DNA of 64,000 nt from Octopus sinensis (GCF_006345805.1 NC_042997.1:87978001-88042000); one strand, 5' to 3'. Positions 36,885-48,842 are shown, counted from the first letter of the stretch. The notes: generated from the sequence alone by a model not told the origin. Numbers and translations: made by a program.

Positions 36885-36910
36885 ACACGTTTCAGCCTTC
36901 ATCAGGTGTC
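36885..36910 (-). ncRNA. Degenerate minimal hammerhead-ribozyme motif (left arm)
   Basis: The minus strand reads GACAC-CTGATGA-AGGCT-GAAAC-GT. The core CUGAUGA/GAAA is intact, stem II is collapsed, and the putative triplet is GUG (non-cleavable). Confidence 0.45.
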
Positions 36911-36959
36911 TTGGGGGAAATTTGAACCTGGGTTCTCATACCTAAGGTATTTTTCGATG

Positions 36960-37010
<51 letters not shown>

Positions 37011-37014
<4 letters not shown>

Positions 37015-37190
37015 TCAGTTGTTTTATTTTTATATCATGCTTTCACTTCACCACCGAGCACAGCTCTGTGTGACTTGGGTATGTGCTGTGGTTTGTTGTG
37101 ATACTCTTATGGTTACTGCATTGAAAGTGTTTTGCGTAGGATGTGTGCAGTGCCTAGTAGTGCTATTTTCTGTATGTTATATATATTTAT
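37011..37190 (-). mobile_element. 5'-truncated R4/Dong-type LINE 3' end inserted in (TAA)n
   Basis: The minus strand encodes YNIQKIALLGTAHILRKTLSMQ* (stop at 37113-37115), the C-terminus of restriction-like-endonuclease LINEs. About 100 nt of 3' UTR follow, then (TAA)n; TAA repeats lie on both sides. Confidence 0.8.
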
Positions 37191-37300
37191 GATTATTATT
37201 ATTATTATTCAGACAGGCAGTGACCTGAATAATGATAATAACAATAACAACATCAAAAAATACCTTAGGAATGAGAACCCAGGTTTGAAATTTCCCCAAG

Positions 37301-37340
37301 ACACCTGATGAAGGCTGGAGGGTATATCAGCCAAAACGTA
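37301..37340 (+). ncRNA. Degenerate minimal hammerhead-ribozyme motif (right arm)
   Basis: ACAC-CTGATGA-A-GGCTG-(10-nt loop)-CAGCC-AAAAC-GTA. There is a 5-bp stem II and the ACGT palindrome, but GAAA is mutated to AAAA. Confidence 0.5.
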
Positions 37341-37899
37341 TTAACAACAAACAAGATGAGGACAAATATCCGTCAAATGTAAATAATGTAAATTTCAGCT
37401 TCTTTAATCTAAATTGATTCTCCTGACTATTGTTCTAGTTAATTATGGGTTCACTCTACTGTTGGACTGACTTCAGTTAGTCAGATTTTCTGTTGCCCAA
37501 ATAGATAATGGTCCTTAAGAGTTTGCTGCTTTTTCTGGTTAAGGGCACTGGTGTGAACTTCCAAGAGATATTTTGCTGAGTACAAAAGTGATGTGGTAAT
37601 ACTAATACCAGTTTAATGAGTTGCTATTTAAACAAAGAGTTTTGTATGTGTGTGTGTGTGTGTGTGTGTGTATGCATACACACACACCTGTATTACCTTC
37701 TGTGAAGTAAGATGTGCTCACAATGTCTTGTTGCTAGTTATTCTTTGCAATCTAACTGAAGTAAACCAAGAGGAATTCCTGATACAAGCCTGTATGATAT
37801 AATGTACCTGCTCAGAAAATGCAGTCAAATCTTCCTCTAGAATAGCATGATCATAGTTTCCTAGGGACATTTTTTAAACTTGTGTTGTCTGAAAGATCA

Positions 37900-38260
37900 A
37901 AGAGTCCCCATGGCCTGTGCAGACTGGTGAAATTGATGCTGTTAGTGATCTGTTTAAAATGTTGCAAGATGACATCTGCAGGAAAGAAGACATAAGGAAG
38001 AGGAAATTTCCGAGGCCTTTGATCTGGAAGGGAATGACTAGTTGTAATGGTTAGTGTAAAGCCTGAATGTTTGGAAGAAGGGTAGTTGGATGCCCATGGG
38101 TGATGAAAGGTGGAAATACAAAGAAGTTAGGTGTATCTGAGTGGAGGGGCACAAAACCAACCAACTCTAAAGAACAGAGGTTTTCATAGAGTGGCTGAAA
38201 GCAGAGCTAGCAGAGAGCACATAGGACTACATCTGGAAATGTAGAAGAAATGTATTAATT
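37900..38260 (-). mobile_element. Decayed CR1-clade LINE 3' end
   Basis: Minus-strand pieces CFQPLYENLCSLELVGFVP, TNHYN*SFPSR and LPYVFFPADVILQHFKQITNSINF follow the CR1 ORF2 C-terminal pattern (LFYRYYxGxCSxEL..., WNSLPxxVFPxxxxLxxFK). Confidence 0.6.
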
Positions 38261-38570
38261 ATTGATTTTTTGCCTTCAATTAACTAATACTTAGCAGTGA
38301 TATCTTTGTTAAATTGGGATTGCTAACATTATATTATAATAAAACTATCAAATTCATAAGAAGTTTTCTACAGTGTAACTGCTTAATCTCCCTCAGAAAC
38401 ATTAGAACATCTGTAAATTGTGGATCTTGAGGTGCTAAATTTTAAAACAGCATGTCTTGTAGGAGATAACTATAGCTGAAACATCACAATGCAAAGAAGT
38501 ATAACTACAAACCAGATATATCTGCACATATAGAGTATTTGCTTGGATATATACACGTCATATTTTCCAG

Positions 38571-38617
38571 TAGAAATAATTGGGACTACTAATCGTACAA
38601 AATCTGAGAAAGTTGAG
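38571..38617 (+). CDS. Internal exon (phase 1 to 0), xEIIGTTNRTKSEKVE
   Basis: Acceptor cgtcatattttccag (NAGNAG: ccagTAG), donor GAG|gtaaga, single open frame, phase-compatible with 42472. Confidence 0.6.
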
Positions 38618-41159
38618 GTAAGACTCATACTGAGTCTTTGTGAACAGAAACATCTTGTGCAAGCAAACTCTTGAAAATATTGATACAATTCAAAACATTT
38701 TTTTTTACATTCAAGCTTTTACTAAGAAGCTGATATAATCTTTAATCAGGCTTTGATTTCACTTTTTTAGTACTGGTTTATTGCAATGAGACTAATCTAA
38801 TAATTATGTTTAAATATTTCTATTTTTTCTCATTTTATTTTTTCAACAAAATTTGTCTTTCAGGAATTGAGCAACAATTGCAGAATTCACAATTTATTTA
38901 ATCTGAAAGAAAACAAAACATGATACTATTTTCCTGATCATTCTAAATAAAAATATTCTATAAAAAAAATTGTGACTAGCTCAAATCTATAATCTTAATC
39001 TCACAAAATGATAACATCATATCTTTACTATTTTTTTGAAAAAGAATTGTCTTTTTTTTTCATTCTTTTAATGGAAAGCATCCAAATGATGCAGCATTTT
39101 CCATTAAGATATTTGAGAGATATCAAGATAAAAGCTGTTATCAAACTGTATGACAGAAACAATGTTATATGAAAATTCCTTTTCCTTAGCTTCAATTTTC
39201 TTCTTTCATTAGAATGTAAAGAACAAATCAGATATTTAGCTGCATATTTTCTTCCAACCTTTCTTTACTCAGTTTTCATCCTCTCTTTCTCCTAATCTCT
39301 CTCATCCATTTATTTGTTCATTCTCTTTTTTTTACATATACATTTTTCTTCTTCCAATTTTCATTCATTCATTCATCTTCTTCTTCTTCTAGGCTATAAT
39401 ATGCTTTTCTTTATCTCTCACTTTTCATCTCTCTCTCTCTCTCTCTCTCTCTGTTACTACCCCTACAAAATACATTATATAAACTGATAAAGCTTCAAGA
39501 TTTTGTGAATAAAAAAATACAAAATTTTTCTCCTCATACAATTGATAAAAATGGTATAAATCATAAAGTTCGCTCATAACCTTCAGTCATAATATGACAT
39601 TCAGCAGACTTATAACCATGCACACACACACATATAGTCATTGAGGGATACTACTTACCCACTACAATATTTCCATATATTTCACACTTCTTGCACTATT
39701 TCTTAATATAGTGTGATGATATTTCAGCATACATTTATTCTATAAAATCATATTCAGAGTTTTGTTGTTATTATCTTTAGCTCATCTTCTTTGACTACCA
39801 ATACATACACATACATTCTTCTCCCTCGTTCACTCTCCTTTCTCCCCACCCCAATTCTCATTTCCTTTGTTGTGTGATAAGTTTCTCTCCGTCTTGTCTT
39901 TTAAGACACACATCTCAATGACCTTCTCATACTTATATACTCGCTGTATTGTATCTTTAGATAGCCTGTATTTTCTTTTCTGCACCCACTCACCCTCTCT
40001 CCCCAACTAATTATGCACATGCACTTGCATATATATAGTTTCTGAAGTAATACGTATATGGTGATTATTGACTACCTATTATAATTTGAATATATGAGTT
40101 CTCTGTAGTTGTTGATATCAAAAATGTTTTAATGGGTCTTATAGATAGAAATGTTATGATCTTCAGACATGTAGAAGCCAAAATGAATAAGGTATTGAAG
40201 TCTGTATCTTCTGCATACCATTTACATACACACACACACACCACACAAACACAAACACACATTTAGTGTATGTTAATATTTAGACATTGTAGCCATGCTG
40301 TGAAAGCATTGCTGACCAGTAGTCTAGTAAGGTGGTAGCGGTGATGGAAAGAAAAGAGGTTTGTTAGCCATATAAAGTTAATTCTAGCAATGTCAGTGCT
40401 TAATTCCAGTTTCTGTAGCATTAAGTAAGTAAGAGATAAAAATGTCTTTACATAGGATAACTAATCTATGGCAGTTAACTTTCTTAGATTCTTGTATCTA
40501 TTTTTCCATTGACATGAACTGAGGCATGTAGAATGAAGTAGTCTGTTCTAGAAACACAATTCCTGCATTAGATATTGATACAACAATGATGATGATGGTG
40601 GTAGTGGGGATGGTAGGACAGTGGTGGTGACAGTAGCACCAGTGCTTCCCATGAATTGGTGATTCGGGGTTTTATCGACATTGTATCTTAACACACATAA
40701 ATGCATGCATACATATATACACACATGCGCATGCACATAAACATACATACATAGATACAAATACACATTGCAAAAGCTTATTGTCTAAATACTTTCCTAA
40801 TTATCAACATCATCATTATTATTATTATTATTGCAACATTTTTTTAATTTTTCATCAAGGGTTAGAGAGATCAGCTATATGGCTGGCTCAGATCTGCCTG
40901 TGTTATGTGATTTGTGTGATCCAGTATCAATAACCTTTTATGGACATCTCACATCGCTCATATTCACTTTTATTTTGCTTATCCCCATCCTAACATTCAC
41001 TTATATGTGTCTGTGTACACATAACTTTATATACAAACATGTGGTGTGCACACAAAATGTGCATATATATATATGATATCCACACATTACATACATTCTT
41101 TTTCCTTTTTACATGGGCCATACTGGGCACCACTTCAAAGTGTTTTAATCAATTATATC

Positions 41160-41575
41160 AACCCATTTTATCTTTTATCGTGTTTCAGTCATTAGATTGG
41201 GGCTCTACTGGAGCACAACCTTGAAGAATTTTAGTCAAATGAATCAACCCCAGTATTTATTTTTTTAAAGCCTAATACTTATTCTTTTTATCTCTTTTGT
41301 CAAATTGCTAAGTTACAGGGATGTAAATACACCAACATCTATTGTCAAGTGATGGTGGAGGACAAGCACAAAGACACACACACACACACACACACACCTA
41401 TATACATATGACAGGTTTCTTTCAGTTTCCATCTACTAAATCCACTCATAAGGCTTTGGTCAACCCAAGGCTATAGTAGAAGACACTTGCCTTAAGTGCC
41501 ATGCAGTGTGACTTAACCTGGAGTCATGTGGTTAGGAAGCAAACCTCTTAACATACAACCACACCTGTGCCTATT
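41160..41575 (-). mobile_element. Family A SINE, near full length
   Basis: Tail TTTCAGTCATTAG...CTGGAGCAC, (CA)n, then TAGTAGAAGACACTTGCC...GTCATGTGGTTAGGAAGCAAAC. Confidence 0.8.
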
Positions 41576-41889
41576 TTATTGCTCTTTATTTATCAAATAG
41601 CCAAGTTTACCAGTTTGTCCTCTTAGAGAGTTACCTTCTGTATGAATTTAAATATGGCAAGCTATTTACATCAGTATTAACATGCACATGCATACACACT
41701 TCTATGTGGCAGCTTCTGCACAGTTTTTGTCCACTACATTTCACTCACAAAATATTTGTTAACTTGAGACTCTTGTAGAAGATACTTGTCCAACTTACAC
41801 AGTGGGGTCAAGTATGGAATGGTGTGGATGGATATCAAATTTAATCCTACAATCATGCTTACCCCCTATTTTAATTATGTAATAATCTT

Positions 41890-42100
41890 TTCTGTTATAG
41901 GCACATGCCTTGAAACTTTGAGGTAAGGGACTAGTCAATTAAATTGACCCCAGTACTGAACTGCTACTTATTTCATTGGTCCCAAAAGGACGAACAGCAA
42001 AGTTGATTTCAATGATGTTTGAGCTCTGAATGTAAAGTCAGAAGAAGTGCTGCTTAGCATTTTGTCTGGCATAGAAACAGTTCTGCCAGATCTGTAATGC
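41890..42100 (-). mobile_element. Family B SINE
   Basis: The reverse complement reads CTGGCAGAACTG...AAAATGCTAAGC...AACTTTGCTGTTCGTCCTTTTGGG...AAATAAGTAGCAGTTCAGTACTGGGGTCAAT. Confidence 0.7.
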
Positions 42101-42471
42101 TTAAGATATATATGCTCTTACTAGGTTTTATCTGTTATTTCTTTATTCTGTGTTTTTGAATATTTGAATATGTTCTTTGAATTATATGGTAAATAGTTCA
42201 GCTTCTTTAAAACATTCTTTACTCTGCTTTCTTTTTGTTTTTCTTCTTTTGCATTTGATATTTGAAAGGAGGCTTGATAGTAAAATGCAAATCCAGTCCA
42301 TACAGCCAGTAGCTTAACAGTTAAATGTATGACTAGACATGCGATGATGTGGAAACCTTCAAATGTAAAATAAAAATAAATAAATAAAATAAAATAAATA
42401 AAATAAAATAAATAAAACAATAAATAAAACCTTCAAGTTGTCTCTGAAATGTAAAGTATTTATTTTTTTAG

Positions 42472-42565
42472 TACATGAAGTATTGTGATGTAGAAATCTT
42501 AATGGACATTGGACTGTCCAAAACCAATGTTGACAGAAATCATCCAATATCAAACAGCATTTATA
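42472..42565 (+). CDS. Internal exon (phase 0 to 1), YMKYCDVEILMDIGLSKTNVDRNHPISNSIY
   Basis: Acceptor tatttatttttttag, donor ATA|gtgagt, 94 nt fully open in the phase required by the 38617 donor. Confidence 0.65.
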
Positions 42566-42882
42566 GTGAGTCTCATCTATAGATTTTCTTTTAATACATA
42601 GTATTAGTTTCTTCTGACTATACACAGTGCTCTATGGTTTAGAGGAAGGGATGTAAACATCATTTCCGTAGGATATTAGTAACATATATGAAGTGAAATG
42701 ACTTTGAGACTTGAAATTGCATTGCTAATTCACCTTATGAGAAGTTTACTTCTGTTCTGTGATGCTAACCACTGGAATATGTGGTATCGTTTTCTTACAT
42801 AGGCACAAAACCATGTTCTTTAGAGGCAGTATATAGTCAGTACTTGACTGTTTAACCGTCAATATGAGGCATCAGTAAGGTA

Positions 42883-43040
42883 ATGAGCTGGCAGAATCAT
42901 TACCACCATTAACATCTTAACATTCCGAGTTCAGATTCCACTGAGGTTGACCTTGCTTTTCATCCTTTTAGTGTTGATAAAATAAGTACCAGTTGAGCAC
43001 TGGAGTTAATTACCTTGTACCAAAATTTGAAACCAGTATG
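42883..43040 (+). mobile_element. Family B SINE (internally shortened)
   Basis: GAGCTGGCAGAATC...GAGTTCAGATTCCACTGAGGTTGACCTTGCTTTTCATCCTTT...AAATAAGTACCAGTTGAGCACTGG. Confidence 0.7.
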
Positions 43041-43447
43041 AGGAATCAATCAAGTACTGACTATAAGGCCATAATTTGTGAAAGTGAACAGTTGATAGAA
43101 TTAAATAAACATATTACTGGTGCTTATTTTATTGACTCTGAGCAGGTGTTACATTTAAAAGCAATGTAAAAAGACAACTAATAATCTCTTTATTATTATA
43201 TTAAATGTCATAAGACATTTAATTTGACTTGTTACCATTTCTGTCATTCCATATGCTTTTGAATATACAATATTAAATTTGCTTCACATAATGTATATTT
43301 AATACCTGATAGGCATTCTGTTAGGTTGTCTTGTACAATATAACTTAGCATAATTTTATTTATCTTTTTACTTATTTATTTATATGGTTTTATTGGCATG
43401 TTGAAGAAGAGATGTTGCTTATAGACTAAAGAGAAATGTTTCTTAAG

Positions 43448-43486
43448 ATATAAAAAAGGAACATATGAACAGCATTGACACAGCTG
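43448..43486 (+). CDS. Possible 39-nt cassette exon (phase 1 to 1), (N)IKKEHMNSIDTA
   Basis: Strong donor CTG|gtaagg, modest acceptor gtttcttaag; phase fits between 42565 and 44286. Confidence 0.3.
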
Positions 43487-44285
43487 GTAAGGTTCCTTGA
43501 AGATTAGGGGATTGTATGTATGTATGCGAAACAGCAGTATTTCACAGGGTGGTATTCCACAAAATGAAAAATTGCATGTAATGTTTACTTCAGGGTTAAT
43601 GAAGAGAATTTAGGATGCAGATGGCAAGACATTGTGTGTCAGATACAATAGCTGACTGATACATGTAGAATTAGCAAACAATGTTCTCTGTTGAGAATTG
43701 TGCAGCTCCTTAACCTACTGTTCCTGTTCTTCATACGTATTTGACAACTTTTCCTATATTTCTTTCTGTCTTTAATCCTTCAAGACTCATTTTTGTTTTT
43801 ATATATTTCTATCTTTATTAAAATCAAATTCTTATATCCAAAACCATGATCTTCTCATGCTATATATTCCCTAGTCTTTACTTACTACAGATAATACACA
43901 ACTATTTTTACTCCATTATTTTACTTTGTTTTTATTTTTTACATTTTATGCACATAATGGAAAAAATAATGTAGTTATTTCAAATTTTTGACTAATTCAG
44001 TATATTCTCTCCTTCTCCCAAGACATGTTATTTGATACTTCACTTGCTAAGAAATATATATTTATCATCGTTGTCATCATCATCATCTATTTTTGTTAGC
44101 TAACATGGGTTGGATGCATCTGCTACATAACACTGCTCTAACATATACTTAATTCTATTTTGAACATTAATCTGAAAGTTTTGATATGGAATTAAACTTT
44201 GAATAAAGCATGTACGTATGTTGGAGTGCAACTTTTCATTGATCTTCATTGTTTACTCATTTTGCTTAACACTTTACACATATAG

Positions 44286-44319
44286 TTAAGAAAGCATCAG
44301 TATTTATATCAAAAGATGG
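44286..44319 (+). CDS. Small exon (phase 1 to 2), xKKASVFISKD(G)
   Basis: Long pyrimidine tract ending ctttacacatatag, donor GG|gtaaca. The phase 1 reading links the 42565 donor to the only open frame of 44589. Confidence 0.5.
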
Positions 44320-44588
44320 GTAACAAATGATCACCAGTGTATATATCTTTCACTATTTATTTGCATTCCTCCATCATGTGTTTGACTCTCTCACAGTTTA
44401 TTTTGCCTTTCATGCTTCTGATGTTAATGGTAAAAAAGCACCTGTACTATACTAGATTCTTTCATGATGCTATCATTCCCATTCAAAAGCTGACCCCTTG
44501 AAAACTCAATGAAACTCAGTATTTGTGAAAATGAAATAGTTTCAAAGCTTTTAAGATATTATTTCTGACTTTGGTCTGACAATTTCAG

Positions 44589-44609
44589 GTTACATATTGA
44601 GCTGAGATG
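44589..44609 (+). CDS. 21-nt micro-exon (phase 2 to 2), (G)LHIELR(W/C)
   Basis: Acceptor ctttggtctgacaatttcag, donor ATG|gtaatt. Only phase 2 is open, matching the 44319 donor. Confidence 0.5.
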
Positions 44610-46665
44610 GTAATTCATGTCTGCATGAGATTCCATCAACTCAATCTTTTTGCCATTAATCATTCTGATATTCCAAACATATAGTCTCTGTAGTCATTCA
44701 GCTGCTATAAATAACAGCCAAATACTATTTAGTCATATCCTAAAACATTAAAAAGAGGACACATTGAATTGTGTACTCCAAGTGTGTGCATGTGGGGGAA
44801 ATGAGGTAGTCAAAACTGAACTGAAGTTCTTTTGATTATAAGTCTGTTTGATTAGAGCCAACCAGGTGCTACATTTTATCTTGTTATAGCTCTTGGTTAG
44901 TCAAGAAAATTCTGTTAAAGCAAGTCAATGATGATATTAAGAAAAACTTTACAGGAAGATTTGTTATATCATTATAGAACATTTTGACTTGCCAGTTTCT
45001 CAGCAAATGAAGTTACTATTGAGTTCCATCAAATTTAAACATTTTCTAAAAAATTCTAACTGTAATTAACACAAATTTTAGAGACAATGTCCTGAAATAT
45101 ATTAGTTTATAGAAATCTATCTCAGAAAATGTGACTAATATTGTCTGATTGATTGAATTGATACTGTGAGAATTATTTTGTAGGTGTAGTGAGTTCACTT
45201 GAGTTAGGTATTTTCACTTCCTTTAGCATTCAGATTATTTTGTGAAGTGTAATGCTTATTGATTCACAGTGTTTTGATTTAATCCTGAATTACCTTGTAG
45301 CTTCAAGATTTTGATAATGTGGTTGCTTATTTTTAGAATGACATTATGTTTGAGAGGCTGAATTTGGCCAGCTTGAGCATAACACAGGTAGAATACTTGG
45401 TCCTGATATGGCTAAAGGTTTAAAGATTTAAACATCTATGTAGAGATGTTTCTCAATGAGTCTGTAGCACAGGAATGGTGAAAACAGAATCAATACATAA
45501 TCTTGGGTAGGTAGTTTCTGAGTTCATTGATTGACTTGGCAAACTTAACCTTCCGTGTTACATAATTCTCTTGACTTCCCAGTCATTATGGTGTAAAGTC
45601 ATCTTCTGTTTGCTTCACTTAGGAATATTTCATTTAACATTTGATAATGATTTGTGATGGAAATTGGTTTTGGGAGCTAGGTATATGATAGGTTGTACCC
45701 AGGATTTATGTTTAGAGATCACAGAAGGTGTCTGTCATGGATAAGAGAAGTAACTATGAAGCTGGGGTTTTGGTAAAGTTAGTGGCAAATTCAATCCCTT
45801 AATTTACAGAATGCAGAACAACTATTAATGTAGAGCACATAAATTATTCTATGTATTTATTATGAGAACAGAATAAAATATGCAATCATAATTAATGAAA
45901 ATAAGCTAGTAAAAATTTTATCTGTAAAGACCTGATAAAGGGTGTTTTATCATGTTTCCCTTAGTAGTCACTGAACATATAAAACATCTTGAAATTAAGA
46001 ATTAAGTTTATGCAGTAGGCCCAATTTCCAGCACTGAACATTCCCAGTATGTTAGGCTATAATGTTTTTCATATTGCTCTTTCTGGTGTCAGTATTATTT
46101 AAGTTTGATGTATTTATTTATGCCAAAAGCAGTATAATGAAGCAAATATAAAATAAATGATTAAATTCTGCCTTTCTTTGGATTACTTAATTGAGATTGG
46201 ATTAAGATATTAGACAGATTCTGTGTCAACATTAATGCTCTCCAAGCTTCTACATTGAAACAAAACAGAACTTTAAGAAGTTATATTTTTCATAGCAGAA
46301 GCAGCTGCAGGATATGATTTAACTTTGATCTTTTAATTTTCTCTTTTAACTAATAGATTCTATAAAATAAAACAAAATCTATAATGTAATTTATGGGAGT
46401 TAGTGTCTTGGTATCAAATCAGTCAATATCACTAGACTGTAAAAATAGGAGTAAAAAAAAATAGCTGTCTAGAGAAGATTATCTTGAACAACAGCTTTGT
46501 AATATTTCTATAGCTATGTCTAGATTCTTTTTTTTCTTCACTTTTTTTTAATATCAGTAATTTTATATCTTCAGTATTCTCACATTTTTTTTTATTATAA
46601 AGAATTTTCAAACAGAATCTTACATAAAGACCATATCATTCTTTCATTCTTTCAAAGTGAAAATA

Positions 46666-46701
<36 letters not shown>

Positions 46702-47929
46702 AGAGAGAGAAAATATAATATAATACAAGAAGATTCTCAAGGTATAATAATGATGTCCACTTTTCTGAGCAGGAATGAGATGGAGAGAATTTGCCATAAA
46801 ATATTTAGTCATAAATATGCAGATATATATCTATATACCCCATGTATTCCTGAATCAAAACCAAGAGTCAGTTTTCATTACAGACTACTATGATGTTTAA
46901 TGTGCAAACCAAGAATACATATAGGTATGGATAATATGTGTATGCATATATATATATATATATATGCAAAGGGTAGGAGTACATCAAAAGGTGTATATTA
47001 GATGGAGATATATTAGCGCTCATACCAGATCAAATACTTAAAAATCCAACATCAAATGATGGGAGACATAATCCAGGTAAACATGAGTTAGCTATAGGAA
47101 ATGCATTAGTTGAGCTAATGAAAGTAGCTTATATGCACATACATATGTGTGTGTGAGTATAAATATATGCAAGCTTCCATCAATCTAGTTTGGTCGCTAA
47201 TCTTTCCCATATTCCGCTCTTGGGAAAAAAGACACTATGCAGTTATTTCAGCCACTAGTAATGGCAACCAAATTTCCATGTTTCCATGAAATCACATCCT
47301 ACTGATTTGCAGGAACATGTTGGATTACATAATTCTAGGAAGCTTTTTGTATGTGTGTGTGTAAAACTTACTTCTAGCAAATCAAGTGACCAAATACAAG
47401 TGTTATTACCCCACAACACCCTTACCCTTCACTTGTATGAAACATATGTACAGCTCAGGTGTGATATTATGTACCCTACTGAAAGTGTTGCACAACCTTA
47501 AGCTAGGCAGGAAGGTTTGTTGCACATGTTTTGTTGTTTCTAGCTAAAACACACCTTCCTACATTGTTTCAATTCATTTAATGTTGGAAATAGCTATTAA
47601 TGTATTAAATCATTTGGGAATGTTACCTGCTATAGACAGGCATCTTATTGAAGATAAAGTCCATTCCTAGTTTACATAAAAATATGAAATCAGTGCAAAG
47701 CTCTACAGCCCATTATAATCCCATCAGTACTTAAGAAGCAAACTGCTACAGGTTAAATCCTGAGGTTGTCAGATTATAAAGCTGTCCCTTTTATCATTAT
47801 TATAATATTATCTATTAGCTTTTTTTCCATGTCATGCAAATTGCCATACTTAATTTCAGATATTGGCTGTTCTTGCAATGTATATAATGACCTAAGCTTA
47901 GTTTTTGTATTTGACATATTTACCAATGG

Positions 47930-48275
47930 CAAGTGTCTTCTGCTATAGCCCCAGACCAACCAAAGCCTTGTGAGTGGATTGGTAGACAGAATATGAAAGA
48001 AGCTTGTCACCCATGTATGTTTGTGTTTGAATATATATATGTGTGTGTGTGTGTACATGTGTGTCTGTGTATGTGTGTCTTTGCTTTTGGCCTCTTACTG
48101 CCACTTGAGGGCAGGTGTTAGTTTATGTCCTTGTAACTGATCATTTCAGTAAAAGAACCCTCTAGAATAAGTGCTTGACTTTAAAAAAATAAGTACTAGG
48201 TTCAATTTATTTGACTAAACCCTTCAAGGTGGGAGCCTAGTGTAGCAGATGTCCAATGACTGAAATAATTTAAAG
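47930..48275 (+). mobile_element. Family A SINE lacking the tRNA head
   Basis: GGCAAGTGTCTTCTGCTATAGCCCCAG...GTGAGTGGATTGGTAGAC...TAGAATAAGT...AATGACTGAAA. Confidence 0.75.
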
Positions 48276-48842
48276 AAAAGAAAACCTACATTTTCTCAGT
48301 TCTGAGAACACCTGTTTATCAAACGTAGTTTTTAAAGTACCTAGTTTGTTTTAGTTTTATTATTTTCTTTCGTAATTAGGTCACGCTCCTGAACTTTTTT
48401 CTGCTGTTTTAGGTAAATGAATTAGTATTTTATGGGCCATTTTGTTTTTTCAGTCTTGATATTGTATTCAAAGAACATAGGAATAAGTTCTTTCTGGTAT
48501 TTGTTCTAGCTTTTTCACATTCTGAGTTCAAATCTCACCAAATTTAACTTTGCTTCTCATCCTTTCATGGTCAATATAGTAATGTACTCATCAAGTATTG
48601 GGGTTGATATAATTAACTAACCCCCATATCCTCAAAATTGTAGGCCTTGTACTTAAATTAGAAACTAATATTATTAATTCTCCTGCACTACCAAAGACTG
48701 AGGGTTTGCAATCACATGTGCCATATTTATTCCAAGTAATATCTGTTAATTCATTTCATATCCCAGTCCTCCATTTGATATATTTAGGCCAAAATAAGAA
48801 GGAAATATTGTGAGAAATTCCAAATGTCTGAATGAATAAAAT

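Larger units (their letters stand above)
36841..37390. mobile_element. Head-to-head inverted pair of Penelope-type (pLTR-like) repeats
   Basis: 36841-36968 is the reverse complement of 37243-37384 (AACAACATC-AAAAATACCTTAGG-ATGAGAACCCAGGTT-AAATTTCCCCAAGACACCTGATGAAGGCTG...AAACAAGATGAGGACAAATATC-GTCAAATGTAAATA). Both arms carry (AAT)n, and the centre is TTATTCAG-12 nt-CTGAATAA. Confidence 0.8.

Noticed and set aside
37887-38049. + strand exon-like frame IKESPWPVQTGEIDAVSDLFKMLQDD... with a phase-compatible donor
   Set aside because: It is the antisense of a CR1 3' remnant (LPYVFFPADVILQHFK on minus).
38865-38924. Strong acceptor followed by ELSNNCRIHNLFNLKENKT* as a terminal exon after 38617
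   Set aside because: Possible as an alternative end, but the 42472 exon continues the frame with better support and there is no independent evidence.
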